From positions 11,904,001 to 11,968,000 of the forward strand of contig NC_043010.1 of NCBI RefSeq assembly GCF_006345805.1: DNA of 64,000 bases. The letters are read 5' to 3'. The notes beneath the pieces were generated by a model. That model was not told the DNA's origin. It saw nothing but the letters and a program-made list of their open reading frames with translations, and made no database searches. Position 1 is the first letter of the stretch, and the number at the start of each line of letters is the position of its first letter. Both the position numbers and the translations under genes were made by a program. The DNA is from Octopus sinensis. Taxonomy: Eukaryota. Below, piece by piece: positions 49,721 through 62,230 of the stretch.

Positions 49721-49933
49721 TATACTTAATAATTAGGGTTCAGCAAAGATTTGCTTTACCACATACCGAAGTTAAGAAATAGCAGCCAAAAAGTTTACCA
49801 TGAAATGGTCCATTTTTCATGCCGAATTCTACTTGGTGAAATTATTGATTACTTCTTAATTAATTAATTTTACCCTTTGTTACTATATATATATATCTGT
49901 CTATCTATCTTCTATCTATTCATCTATCTATTC

Positions 49934-50131
49934 ATTGCTTGACAACCGATGCTGGTGTGTTTACATCCCCGTAACTTAGCGGTTCAGCAAAAGAGACCGA
50001 TACAATAAGTACTAGGCTTACAAAGAATAAGTACTGGGGTCGATTTGCTCGACTAAAGGCAGTACTCCAGCATGGCCACAGTCAAATGACTGAAACAAGC
50101 AAAAGAGTAAAAAAGTAAAAGAGTAAAAGAG
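49934..50131 (+). mobile_element. SINE family B, 3' half
   Basis: CATTGCTTGACAACCGATG through the (GTAAAAGA)n tail. Confidence 0.9.
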
Positions 50132-50417
50132 TATGAAGTGTGAAGCAGAGTTTTCCAGCCTAATGAATTTATCTTTTTTGAGTTACCTTCATTGAACGTG
50201 GCCTTTATTGATAAGGGACAGCTCATACTGTACCCACTTCCCTTCTCTATATACTTTCCTAATCTGCTTGAGATGATCTTGCACAGTGCTGCAAGGCTTA
50301 TCAAACCTCCAGAGAATAAGTCTCCAATGCTGTGGCACAGATCCTCTTCCAACAGCTTAGGCCAGTTTGTTTTTGCGTACCTAAATAACTCTACTGAAAC
50401 AAATACATTGAACTTAA

Positions 50418-50636
50418 CCCTTTAGTATTTAAACCGGCCATATCCGGCCAAAATAGTTAATCTGTTTTATGTTCAAACTAAACAGATCCAGGCTCTCACA
50501 CCTACCCTACAATGTTATTCTACATTAAGTAATTACACCATCAAGATCTTGAAGATATGAGATAATGCATGATTAATTCAAATTAATGGGAATCAATAGG
50601 CATTATGTTTGATTGAATAATCAGAACACTAAAGGG
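50418..50636. mobile_element. piggyBac-type MITE (family C), intact
   Basis: TTAA|CCCTTTAG...CTAAAGGG|TTAA; TTAA target duplication and CCC/GGG termini are piggyBac hallmarks. Confidence 0.85.
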
Positions 50637-51099
50637 TTAAACCAACCTTCCTTTCTTTCAATTCTTAAACCTTATTTTTCCTCATCTTTTCTCCTCCATT
50701 ATTTTTATTCTATTTATTTGTTTCTACGTTTATTCATTGATTTATTTATTATATCTTCAATTTTTTCACCGTGTGGTTTATTAATTCAAATACTATGGGA
50801 TAGTCAACTAAATTCTTTTAGGAAACAGATCTCGTTTTAGAAAGCAAAACTGTATAATATAATTCTCTTATTTTATCGTTTTACTTTTTTTTTTTTGCTT
50901 TTATTTTATTTATCTGTGTTGTATTCTTTCTCTGAATTCGTATTAATCTACAGTCATTGCTTCCTTAAAGCAATCCATATCTGCTGAATGCATTTATTGT
51001 CTGTGGGTATATAATGAGACTATTTGCTATTTGTAGCAGAGTTGATGCTACAAGATGTTCTGAAGAGTACTTTTTTAGTTATGTTACAACACAATTACA

Positions 51100-52002
51100 C
51101 AGGGTGTTCCAGAAGTCTTGCGCACATTTCAAGTCCTCATAACTGCTGGACTATGATTGGTAGTAAGATGAAACTGGTACCATATTAAAACTAAATTCAT
51201 TAAGTTTTTGTAATGCTAATGATTTTTTCCGATTTTTTCAGATCCAGTAATGGTGTTCACTCAACCAGAAAAGGCGTTCTGTGTCCTTGAATTTGCAAAA
51301 ACTGAATCATGGACACTTGTTCAACGTGTGATTCGCACAGAATTCCAAAATGAGGCACCAGAAATGAAGTCCATATTGAGATGGTATGGTAAATTCATGA
51401 AGGATGGGTGTTCATGCCCAGCTAATAGAACGGGACGACCCTCAACTTCAGATGATATGGTTGAGCGAGTTTGAACTGCCTTCGAGCAGAGCCCCCATAA
51501 ATAGATCAAAAGAGCCAGTAGGGACTTCATTTCCCAACAGGATGGGGCATCACCTCACTGGAGGAGACTCAGGGTTAGACAGTATCTGAACACAACACTG
51601 CCAGACAGATGGACTGGACGGTCTGGGCAAGATGATTGCATTCTCATGCCCTGGCTTCCCAGGTCTCCAGATCTCACACCCTGCGATTTTTTTTGTGGGC
51701 ATTCGTGAAAGGACTGGTCTATGTGCCTCCCCTTCCAAAAGATGTGGATGAACTGAAGGCCCAAATAACAAAAGCTGTTGCATCTATCGACAACACAATT
51801 TTGGAACGCGTTTGGCAAGAATTGGAATATCGGCTTGATGTGTGCCATGCGACCAACGGTGCTCACATTGAACATCTTTGAACCTTCCCTAAAAAAACTT
51901 GAATTTGCAAGCTTTCAGAATATATCAGATGCGTTTTTATGTCCTTAATAGTTTTCAACATATTCAATGTCAAAATGTGCCCAAGACTTCTGGAACACCC
52001 TG
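51100..52002 (+). mobile_element. Internally deleted Tc1/mariner element (rosa/DD41D-like group)
   Basis: 30-bp TIRs (51100-51129, 51973-52002, 1 mismatch) with TA on the right flank; N-terminal HTH ORF 51250-51474; QQDGASPHW...WLPRSPDLTPCD, then FLWAFVKGLVY...HIEHL in a shifted frame. Confidence 0.9.
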
Positions 52003-52020
52003 TATATATGAGTGAATATC

Positions 52021-52423
52021 TCTCTCTCTCTCTTTTACTTGTTTCAGTCATTTGACTGCGGCCATGCTGGAGCACCGCCTTTAGTCGAGCAAATCGCCCC
52101 CGGGACTTATTCTTTGTAAGCCCAGTACTTATTCTATCGGTCTCTTTTGCCAAACCGCTAAGTGACGGGGACATAAACACACCAGCATCAGTTGTCAAGC
52201 AATGCTAGGGGGACAAACACAGACACACAAACACACACACATATATATATACATATATACAACAGGCTTCTTTCAGTTTCCGTCTACCAAATCCACTCAC
52301 GAGATATTGGTCGGCCCGGGGCTATAGCAGAAGACACTTGCCCAAGATGCCACGCAGTGGGACTGAACCCGGAACCATGTGGTTGGTAAGCAAGCTACTT
52401 ATCACACAGCCACTCCTGCGCCT
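52021..52423 (-). mobile_element. SINE family B, full length
   Basis: Matches consensus. Confidence 0.9.
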
Positions 52424-52611
52424 ATATGTGTATATATATGATTGATTGATTGATTCTAGTTTCAGCTTATGAGCTGAGGCCATGCTGGGGCACCGCCATT
52501 TATTATGTGTGAAGGCTGATGTAGCATCAATTATACAACTTTTATGAAACTGCTATCAACAAATAGAATAAAAATCTATTCTCTCATTTTACTTCTCTCA
52601 TTTAATTAATT

Positions 52612-52645
52612 TATATGTATGTATGTATGTATGTATGTTTGTATG

Positions 52646-52679
<34 letters not shown>

Positions 52680-52861
52680 TGTATGTATGTATGTATGTAT
52701 GTATGTATGCATGCATGCATGCATGTATGTATGTATGTATGTATGTATGTATGTATATATGTATGTATGTATGTTTGTATGTATATATGTATGTATGTAT
52801 GTAAGTATGTATGTATGTATGTATGTATGTATGTATGTATATATGTATGTATGTTTGTATG

Positions 52862-52895
<34 letters not shown>

Positions 52896-53069
52896 TGTAT
52901 GTATGTATGTATGTATGCATGCATGCATGCATGTATGTATGTATGTATGTATGTATGTATGTATGTATATATGTATGTATGTATGTTTGTATGTATATAT
53001 GTATGTATGTATGTAAGTATGTATGTATGTATGTATGTATGTATGTATATATGTATGTATGTTTGTATG

Positions 53070-53100
<31 letters not shown>

Positions 53101-53395
53101 ATGTATGTATGTATGTATGTATGTAAGTATGTATGTATGATGTATGTATGTATGTATATATGTATGTATGTATGTTGTATGTATGTATGTCTGTATGTAT
53201 GTATGTGTGTATGTATGTAAGTATGTATGTATGTTGTATGTATGTATGTATGTATGGTATGTATGTATGAAGTATGTATGTATGTATGAATGTATGTATG
53301 TACGTACGTATGTATGTATGTATGTATGTATGAATGTATGTATGTATGTATGTATGTATGTATGTATGTATGTATGTATGTATGTATGTATGTAT
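52612..53395. repeat. (TATG)n compound microsatellite, ~780 bp
   Basis: Directly visible. Confidence 0.95.
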
Positions 53396-54597
53396 AAATA
53401 CAATGATGGATGATGTATATGCATGTGTGTATGTGTGTGTTCATGCATACTAACCTAGAAAAATTTACTGGATGGTTATGGCTGAAATGTCTTTGGCCAT
53501 AAGTTTGTTCAAAGTTAATATAAGGCTAAACAACATAAACAACAAATAGAATTCCTCCATAATACTTCCTATAAAAACCCTTCTTTGAATATTTTATATA
53601 TCCTTATGGCATACTGTGAATATCCACACTGTTCCAGAAGACACTGAGTGTACATGTTTACTAGATTTGCCTTCAGCATGAATAGGCTGATGTTGAATTA
53701 AAAATACCTACAAGAAACTGGATTTCCTCAGAAACAAAGATCAGAAGTAAAGTAAAATAACGCGGAATACATCACATTTAATCAATAGGTGAAAGAAAAC
53801 GAAACACAGCCATGTTTTAAATTATAAAACAAATATGAAAAATAGCTGTTAGATTCTAAAAAAAACCCCCAAAAAGTGAGGGAATTAAAAGTAGAATATG
53901 AATTAAAACAACAACAACACATTAATGCTCATTAAATTTAAGGTTATAGTGAAATAAAACAGCAAAACATGAAATTAAGAAAGAAAATAAATGTAAAATA
54001 GTGAAGGGAGCCCAGAACACGCATTTAATGAATGTAAATCCATAACCTAAAGGCAGACAGCAGAAAGATATTTTTAGTGTAAACATGCGTTAAAAGAAAA
54101 GTTTTTCAATTAAAAGTTTCTATATAAAAGAGCAGTAGCCAATTTCCAAATAGACATGGGAAAATGAACAACGAAAAAAAATGGTAAGCCAATTAAATGA
54201 ACGCTTGATACAAATGTTACACTTTTGAAAAAAATTTTTAAACAAATTTTTATTTTTATTAACTTATTTCTTTATTTGAAGCTAAAAATGATTTAAAGCT
54301 CGCCTGATAGGAACAGAGCTACAGTGAACTACAGAGACAAATTTGGATCCAAATGGAAAATATAATTAGACATCGTGGTTAACAGCTGAAAATATGGTAT
54401 ATGAAAGTATTCCAAGGTGAGGTGGAATACATCTAAAGCTAGTTAACTGTACATAAATCATTAGGGAACAGAAAAATAGAAGATAATATCACAAAATGTC
54501 TACCGTGATCTAATATGCATATTTGATATACAAATGGTCAAATGGTGAAACATACAGACCAAAGCTAGCCTTAGTTACATGTGTATATATATATACA

Positions 54598-54832
54598 CAG
54601 GGTGTCCCAAAGAGATGTACTCACTCTTTGACAGACGATTACTACTTTGCAGGAATGAGAGAGAGCATTAAATAATTCTATATGACAATAAATAATCGTT
54701 TCTACAACAATTTACTTTCCTGAATTTAATTAAACTTTTTAGGATTGCATGTATATCAATAAACATCTACTTGAACACAAAATGCATGAGTACTGGGAAG
54801 TCAAGGATTGAGTACATCTTTTTGGGACACCC

Positions 54833-54834
<2 letters not shown>
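54598..54834. mobile_element. Tc1/mariner-type MITE
   Basis: 26-bp TIRs CAGGGTGTCCCAAA(G/A)AGATGTACTCA at 54598-54623 and 54809-54834. Confidence 0.85.
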
Positions 54835-54880
<46 letters not shown>

Positions 54881-55159
54881 CTGAGAGAAACCCCTCATAT
54901 ATAATATGAGGGAGAGAGAGGTCTCTGTGTGCGTGTCTTTGTATCTGTGTTTGTACCTCCCCACCCACTGCTTGGCAACTAGTTTTAGTGTGTTTACATC
55001 CCTATAACTTAGTGGTTTGGTAAAAGAGATGGAATAAGTATCAGGCATCAGAAAATAATAAGTCTGCGGTTGATTCATTTGACTAAGACAAATTGTCCCA
55101 GGTGGTACCCCAGCATGACTACAGACTGCAGTCATGCTTGGGCACAACCTGGAACATAT

Positions 55160-55575
55160 TACTCTTTACTCTTTTACTCTTTTACTTGTTTCAGTCATTT
55201 GACTGCGGCCATGCTGGAGCACCGCCTTTAATCGAACCCAGGACTTATTCTTTGTAAGCTCAGTACTTATTCTATCGGTCTCTTTTTGCAGAACCGCTAA
55301 GTGACGGGGACATAAACACACCAGCATCGGTTGTCAAGCAATGCTAGGGGGACAAACACAGACACACAAACATATACACACACATACATACACATATATA
55401 TATACATATATCCGACAGGCTTCTTTCAGTTTCCGTCTACCAAATCCACTCACAAGGCATTGGTCGGCCCGAGGCTATAGCAGAAGACACTTGCCCAAGA
55501 TGCCACGCAGTGGGAATGAACCCGGAACCATGTGGTTGGTAAGCAAGCTACTTACCACACAGCCACTCCTGCGCC

Positions 55576-55576
<1 letters not shown>
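55160..55576 (-). mobile_element. SINE family B, full length
   Basis: Matches consensus. Confidence 0.9.
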
Positions 55577-55608
<32 letters not shown>

Positions 55609-56365
55609 GTAAAATTAAATAGAGAGATAAATGAGTTTGGATTAATATTTTTTGAGATATATAGAAATAGATTTTGCTAGTTGAACATAGAATGCACAGA
55701 ACTTGAATAAAATCCCATAAGGATTCTTATCTTTCTTTGATGCTTTCATGACTCTATCATTCCATTACTGTAGACTAATACTTTATTTTTTTTATTTTAT
55801 TGACACCCCGAAAGTACAAGAAACAAAGTTGGCTTTGGCAGGGTTTGAACTCAAGGAGGAGAGACTCAGAACAAATATTGCAAAGCATTCCAAAGAAACA
55901 TCTCTAACCCTAACCCTAACCCCAGCTTCGTTAGTTCACCACCTTCAGCTGACCATGCAAACCATACAATAAAATTCAAACGTGATACAGATTTGGGTGG
56001 AGATAAAAGTGCATAAGCAACCGTGATTAATATCATCTATATTTAACAAATATATTTCAACATCAAAGATGCGTTAATGTTATTTCAAACATTCCTGAAA
56101 CTGTAGCAGCATATCAGAATTCTTACTTTTATATCTAATTTCTTCTCTTCACTTTTCATTAACTGTTTAATTTTATTATATCCACAATGCAACACCCTGA
56201 GGATATAAAGTCTTTTTATCATCAATTCTGATGTTTTTTCGCTCAGAGAACCATCTTTTTGTACGAGTTTTTTTTTTTTAAAGGTAATCTTAGAAATGCA
56301 ACTTATTTAATTATTAAATAATTTTATTGAATTTTATTTATATATTTCTCTACTTTTTTTTTTTA

Positions 56366-56417
<52 letters not shown>

Positions 56418-56700
56418 AGTGTGTGTCCCCTTTATTTTCTTTTATTCTATTCATCTATATACAGATGACTACCAACATATTCTACTTTTTACCAAATATG
56501 GTATTTTGCTGATATAGGCATAGGCATGGTTGTGTGACTGAGAAGCTCACTTTGCAATCACGTGGTTTTGAGGTTCAGTCCTATTGTGCAGCGCCTCGTG
56601 CAAGTGTTTTCTACTACAACCCCAGGCTGACCAATGCCTGTAAGTGATTTTGGAAGTCAACTATATATCAATGTAAGTGAGTATATATAAATATATATAT

Positions 56701-56920
56701 AAATAAATATAAGAGAGTGGTCACTATATGGCTCACTCTAGCACCAGTTAATCCAAAAGGTTTCAACCACGAAAATACATGTTTCCCATGAAAGTCAGTA
56801 CGATTGTTAGCTAACAATCGTACTGACTTTCATGGGAAACATGTATTTTTGTGGTTGAAACCTTTTGGATTAACTGGTGCTAGAGTGAGCCATATAGTGA
56901 CCACTCTCTTATATTTATTT
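56701..56920. repeat. 220-bp spacerless palindrome
   Basis: Arms 56701-56810 and 56811-56920, 109/110 complementary, centre TTAG|CTAA. Confidence 0.95.
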
Positions 56921-57188
56921 TGTAAAAATATTATAATATGTTATAAAATATTATAATAATCCAGGTTTCTCGGAGCACTAGGCCACTTGGTGTTGAATAG
57001 ATATACTATTAAATTAGTATCTAATTCTCTCACCCTTATTAATTAATTATAAATATATATATATATATACAATAAATTCAGGGTGAATACTTGATAAATG
57101 TAAGCACCTGTATATGCCAGCTAGTGGCATAGGTGATAGGATATATGTATCAAATGAAATAAATGAAAAACAGGACACAAAGGATTTT

Positions 57189-57280
57189 GCGGTACATATG
57201 TTTCGGGTTTATAGAACAACTTATTCTTACATCAATGCATAATTGATATAATAGATAGATCAAAAACCTTCTTCAGCCGC
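57189..57280 (-). ncRNA. Type I hammerhead-ribozyme motif, near-canonical
   Basis: Minus strand GCGG-CTGAAGA-AGGTTT..(~53 nt)..AAACCC-GAAAC-ATAT-GTA-CCGC; stem I GCGG/CCGC, palindromic stem III ACATATGT, GUA triplet. Confidence 0.7.
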
Positions 57281-57591
57281 GTGCAATTGCTACACCAAAA
57301 ACTTGTATCACATTATAAAAGGTTTGAGAAAGAAACGAGTTTCATTGGGAAAGTATGTTTGTAAATCTTCATAGGTGTACATGGTATTATTGGAGTCCAA
57401 AACAAATCGTCCATACCGTTTTTACACTCGATATAGAATGAATACTGGGTAGATTACTTCATATTAGGGGAAGGAATTGGATGCTGAGAGAAGGAGGAAA
57501 GGAGGGAAAGGGGATGAAACTTTAATGAAGTTGGGATCACAAAAAAGAAAATATATATAAATGTAAATATAATTATAAAGGATAATAATAA

Positions 57592-57623
<32 letters not shown>

Positions 57624-57936
57624 TCATATGTATGTGCATGCATGCAGACATATGCACACATATGCATGCTGTCAGTATATATATTTACCATATAATTTTA
57701 TGGCTGATTTAGTGAAATGCTAATGTGAATATTAAAGATTAACATAAATAGCTAGACAATATAAAAACCAAAAAGGAAAAAGTTTTTGTGTGCGTTTGTA
57801 AATGTGTACCTATATATACATAACTATATATATGCATATATATATATATATATGTGTGTATGAATGTGTTTGAGCATGTGCATGTGTTTGTGTAGGTGCG
57901 TGTGTGCGTGTGTGTGTATGCATGTGTGTGTGGGTG

Positions 57937-58222
57937 TCATCATCATCATCATCATCGTTTAACATCCGCTTTCCATGCTAGCATGGGTTGGACGGTTCAA
58001 CTGGGATCTGGGAAGCCCGAAGGCTGCACCAGGCCAGTCAGATCTGGCAGTGTTTCTACAGCTGGATGCCCTTCCTAACGCCAACCACTCCGTGAGTGTA
58101 GTGGGTGCCACCAACACAGGTGCCAGACAAGGCTGGCGAACAGCCACACTCGGATGGTGTTTTTTATGTGCCACTGACACAGGTGCCAGACGAGGCTGGC
58201 GAACAGCGGCGAACGGCAGAAA
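57937..58222 (-). mobile_element. SINE-like family D
   Basis: (CAT)n then CGTTTAACATCCGCTTTCCATGCTAGCATGGG... Confidence 0.85.
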
Positions 58223-58225
58223 CAG

Positions 58226-58457
58226 GGCGGCGAGCTGGCAGAAACGTTAGCACGCCGGGCGAAATGCTTAGCGGTATTTCGTCTGCGTTACGTAGTGAGT
58301 TCAAATTCCGCCGAGGTCGACTTTGCCTTTCATCCTTTCGGGGTCGATAAATTAAGTACCAGTTACGCACTGGGGTTGATGTAATCGACTTAATACCTAT
58401 GTCTGTCATTGTTTGTCCGCTCTGTGTTTAGCCCCTTGTGGGTAGTAAAGAAATAGG
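58226..58457 (+). mobile_element. SINE family E, monomer, near consensus
   Basis: GGCGGCGAGCTGGCAGAAACG...AAAGAAATAGG. Confidence 0.9.
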
Positions 58458-58598
58458 TGTGTGTGTGTTTATATCAGTGTTTAGCTTGGGAGGCCCTCCC
58501 AGGTGCTAGTTCTTTGCTGGTGTAGCTCTCAAGCTCACTACACAACAACAAGTAGTGGACTTTGTAGTGGACTTTGTATCTTAGATGAACAATAAAAT

Positions 58599-58949
58599 GG
58601 ATGGAAGCACTCCGTCGGTTACGACAACAAGGTTTCCAGTTGATCCAAATCAATGGAACAGCCTTCTTGTGAAATTAACGTGTAAGTGGCTGAGCACTCC
58701 ACAGACACGTGTACCCTTAACATAGTTCTCGGGGATATTCAGCATGACACAGAGAGTGACAAGGCCGGCCCTTTGAAATACAGGTACAACAGAAACAGGA
58801 AGTAAGAGTGAGAGAAAGTTGTGGTGAAAGAGTACAGCAGGGATCACCACCATCCTCTGCCGGAGCCTCGTGGAGCTTTAGGTGTTTTCGCCCAATAAAC
58901 ACTCACAACGCGAGTCCGCTGCCTTAACCACTGGGCCATTGCGCCTCCA
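58599..58949 (-). mobile_element. SINE family A, B-box segment deleted
   Basis: 12-bp TSD GAACAATAAAAT at 58587-58598 and 58951-58962. Confidence 0.9.
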
Positions 58950-59955
58950 CGAACAATAAAATAACTACCTAAGTATTGGGCTCATACAATCAACTGGAAT
59001 AATCAAGTGGAATTCTTGATGGCAGTACCCAAATATGGCCACACCTCAATGACTGAAACCATTAGATGAGAAATAAATGAGGAATAGTATGATAAATTAA
59101 TAGACAGTCAAGATGGGGATAGTAACTTCTGTATAATGCAAACATTGCTACAGAAATTCTATAGTATGATACTAGTCCAATTATATGTTCCTGAATAAAT
59201 AAATATATTTTATAGTATGGTGATATTGATTTATCATTTTGATAGAAATAGAAGGTATAGTCAATTGAAATGGCTTCAGCACATGATTGACACTTATTTT
59301 ATTGAACTCAAGAGGATAAAAGTGCAACGCTAAGCTCAATAGGACTGGAAATCAGAACATAAAGGTATGTTGCTAAATACAGAAAAGGGATTTACTTTGG
59401 TACCTGGTAACATCATTGCTGTTATATTAATGCTTTGTGAGAATGTAAATATGTACTAATATGTAGTTAAGAAATTTGTTTCATAGTCAGGTTGTGGTTC
59501 TACATTCAACCTTACTGTGTGGCATGATGGGTACTTTATGGATACAAAACCATTGGTCACTCTATCTCTAGCCATATAATTCATTTCCTATATATATATA
59601 TATATATGTGTGTGTGTATTCATGAGTACAAATAGATATATATGTCTTGCAAACAACTTGCACTTGCAAGTGCTACCAGTTAAAAGCTCCGTATACCGGA
59701 AGCTAGCAAGTGTATGGGGTCATCAGGAGGGAATGCGTGCCATTTCGGGGCCTACCTCTCGACGGCATCAATGCGCACCGGCTCCCCTCACATGTATATC
59801 AATATAAACAAACTAACGTTTGTTTTTTTATAAATGTCAAAATGTGTATTGTATTTTACACATAAGATTTCAATTTTTTGAACGCAGAAATGCCATTAGA
59901 ACAGTGGAAATAGTGGGTAAATTAACCTTACAAAGCATAAAAATTTGTCAATAAA

Positions 59956-60025
59956 CAGCCATGGGACTTGAACTCACAACCTTGAAAGACTCTGGCTGAG
60001 TGCTTTACCATTAAGCTAAACTGCC
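59956..60025 (-). pseudogene. tRNA-like sequence (SINE head or tRNA pseudogene)
   Basis: Recognisable D arm (GCTTAATGGTAAAGC) and T arm (GTGAGTTCAAGTCCCAT); the anticodon arm does not fold properly. Confidence 0.55.
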
Positions 60026-60532
60026 TGCTGACAAATTTACCTGCAAATTTTAGATGCTATAAAGGTAAATGCACAACTATGTATGTATATAAAATAATAC
60101 ATGCGGCCTTTTAAAACCTAGCCAAACTCATGGGGCCGGTTTCCCGGTTTCAATGGCATATGTGTTCCCCAGCTGGATGGGATGCCACTCCATCACAGCG
60201 TTACTTGTTTTTGCCAGCTGAGTGGACTGGAGCAACGTGAAATGAAGTGTTTTGCTCAAGAACACGTGTTGCCCTGTCCAGGAATTGAAACCACAATCTT
60301 ACGATCATGGTGCTGACACCCTAACCACTAAGCTATGCACTTCCACAGGTATGTTTTCCTGAATCTTCATCTTCCACAGCTTCCAACTACCTTAAGTGAG
60401 CAGCACTTCTTTATTCAGCTGTCTTCATCCATCTGCAGCACATGACCAAACCAGTGCAGTCTCCTTTCTTGCACACAGCATATGATTACTCTTATACCCA
60501 ATATCTCTCTTAATTCACGAATGCTCTGTATT

Positions 60533-61055
60533 CCTTCTTGAGCCATGCCTGGCTCATAAGGGCCAGTTTCCCGGTTTCCTTGGCATATAGGTTCCCCACC
60601 TGGATGGGACGCAAGTCCATCGCAGGTATAGGCAGCGAGCTGGCAGAAACGTTAGCATGCTGGGCGAAATGCTTAGCGGTATTTCGTCTGCCGTTAGGTT
60701 GTGAGTTCAAATTCCGCCGAGGTCGACTTTGCCTTTCATCCTTTCAGGGTCGATAAATTAAGTACCAGTTATGCACTGGGGTCGATGTAATCGACTTAAT
60801 ACCTATGTCTGTCCTTGTTTGTCCCCTCTGTGTTTAGCCCCTTGTGGGTAATAAAGAAAAAGAAATAGGTATGCTGCAAGATGCAGGAGGAAAGAGTGAG
60901 AGAAAGTTATGGCAAAAGAGTCAGCAGAAGTTCACCATTACCTTCTGCCGGAGCCACGTGGAGCTTAGGTGTTTCGCTCATAAACACACACATCACCCAG
61001 TCTGAGATTTGAACCCGCGAGTCCGCTGCTCTAACCACTAGGCCATGTACCTCCA
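60533..61055 (-). mobile_element. SINE K interrupted by SINE E
   Basis: 10-bp TSD AATGCTCTGT at 60520-60529 and 61055-61064. Confidence 0.85.
60631..60869 (+). mobile_element. SINE family E nested in K
   Basis: AGGTAT on both sides (60624-29 and 60867-72). Confidence 0.9.
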
Positions 61056-61319
61056 ATGCTCTGTCACACATGCACACTGACATCACACATCTAGTGGAGC
61101 ATACCAGCTTCATTCCTCTCCAACTTTTGCGTGTCCTCCACATTCAGGGTCTACATTTCACTACCATACAGCATTGCTGTTCATACGCATGTATTACACA
61201 ATTTTCCCTTCACTTGTAGAGAGAAACCTTTGGTTGCCAACTGAGGTAAAAGCTATTGTCTTAAAAAAACAAATAGAAGAGTACATTGAAATATATATTC
61301 CGATCGTTAACAGCGTCAC

Positions 61320-61706
61320 ACTACTGGCACTCAAGCCCCATGCTAGTAGGGTATTAAGAGCACCATCCAAGCGTGATCGTTGCCAGAGCAGCTATCTGGC
61401 CTCTGTGCCGGTGGCACGTAAAAAACACCATTCAATCGGGATCGTTACCAGCATCACCTTACTGGCACCCGTGCCAGTGGCATGTGTAAAAGATTCGAGT
61501 GAGGTCATTGCCAGTGCCGCCTGACTGGTCCCATGCTGGTGGCACGTAAAAGCACCCACTACACTCTCGGAGTGGTTGGCGTTAGGAAGGGCATCCAGCT
61601 GTAGAAACTCAGCCAGATAAAGATTGAAGCCTGGTGCAGCCATCTGGTTCGCCAGTCCTCAGTCAAATCATCCAACCCATGCTAGCATGGAAAGCGGACG
61701 TTAAAC

Positions 61707-61747
<41 letters not shown>
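61320..61747 (+). mobile_element. SINE-like family D with sub-repeats and long (GAT)n tail
   Basis: Matches 15550 and 23288. Confidence 0.85.
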
Positions 61748-61749
<2 letters not shown>

Positions 61750-61836
61750 CCAAGATGTACCTAAAGAGATATGACAGCCTTGAATGAAATATTTTTAACT
61801 GAAGATCAGTGAATGTTGATCCAGGGTTAAAAAGCA

Positions 61837-62230
61837 TAAGTAGCTTGCTAACCAACCACATGGTTCCGGGTTCAGTCCCACTGCATGGCATCTTGGGCAA
61901 GTGTCTTCTGCTATAGCCCCGGGCTGACCAATGCCTTGTGAGTGGATTTGGTAGACGGAAACTGAAACAAGCCTGTCGTATATATGTATATATATATAAG
62001 TGTGTGTGTATATGTTTGTGTGTCTGTGTTTTTTCCCCTAGCATTGCTTGACAACCGATGCTGGTGTGTTTACGTCCCCGTCACTTAGCAGTTCGGCAAA
62101 AGAGACCGATAGAATAAGTACTGGGCTTACAAAGAATAAGTCCCGGGGTCATTTGCTCGACTAAAGGCGGTGCTCCAGCATGGCCGCAGTCAAATGACTG
62201 AAACAAGTAAGAGAGTAAAGAGAGAGAGTA
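61837..62230 (+). mobile_element. SINE family B, slightly 5'-truncated
   Basis: Matches consensus. Confidence 0.9.

Noticed and set aside
55904-55922. (CTAACC)3 telomere-like repeat
   Set aside because: Only three units; too short to call an interstitial telomere.
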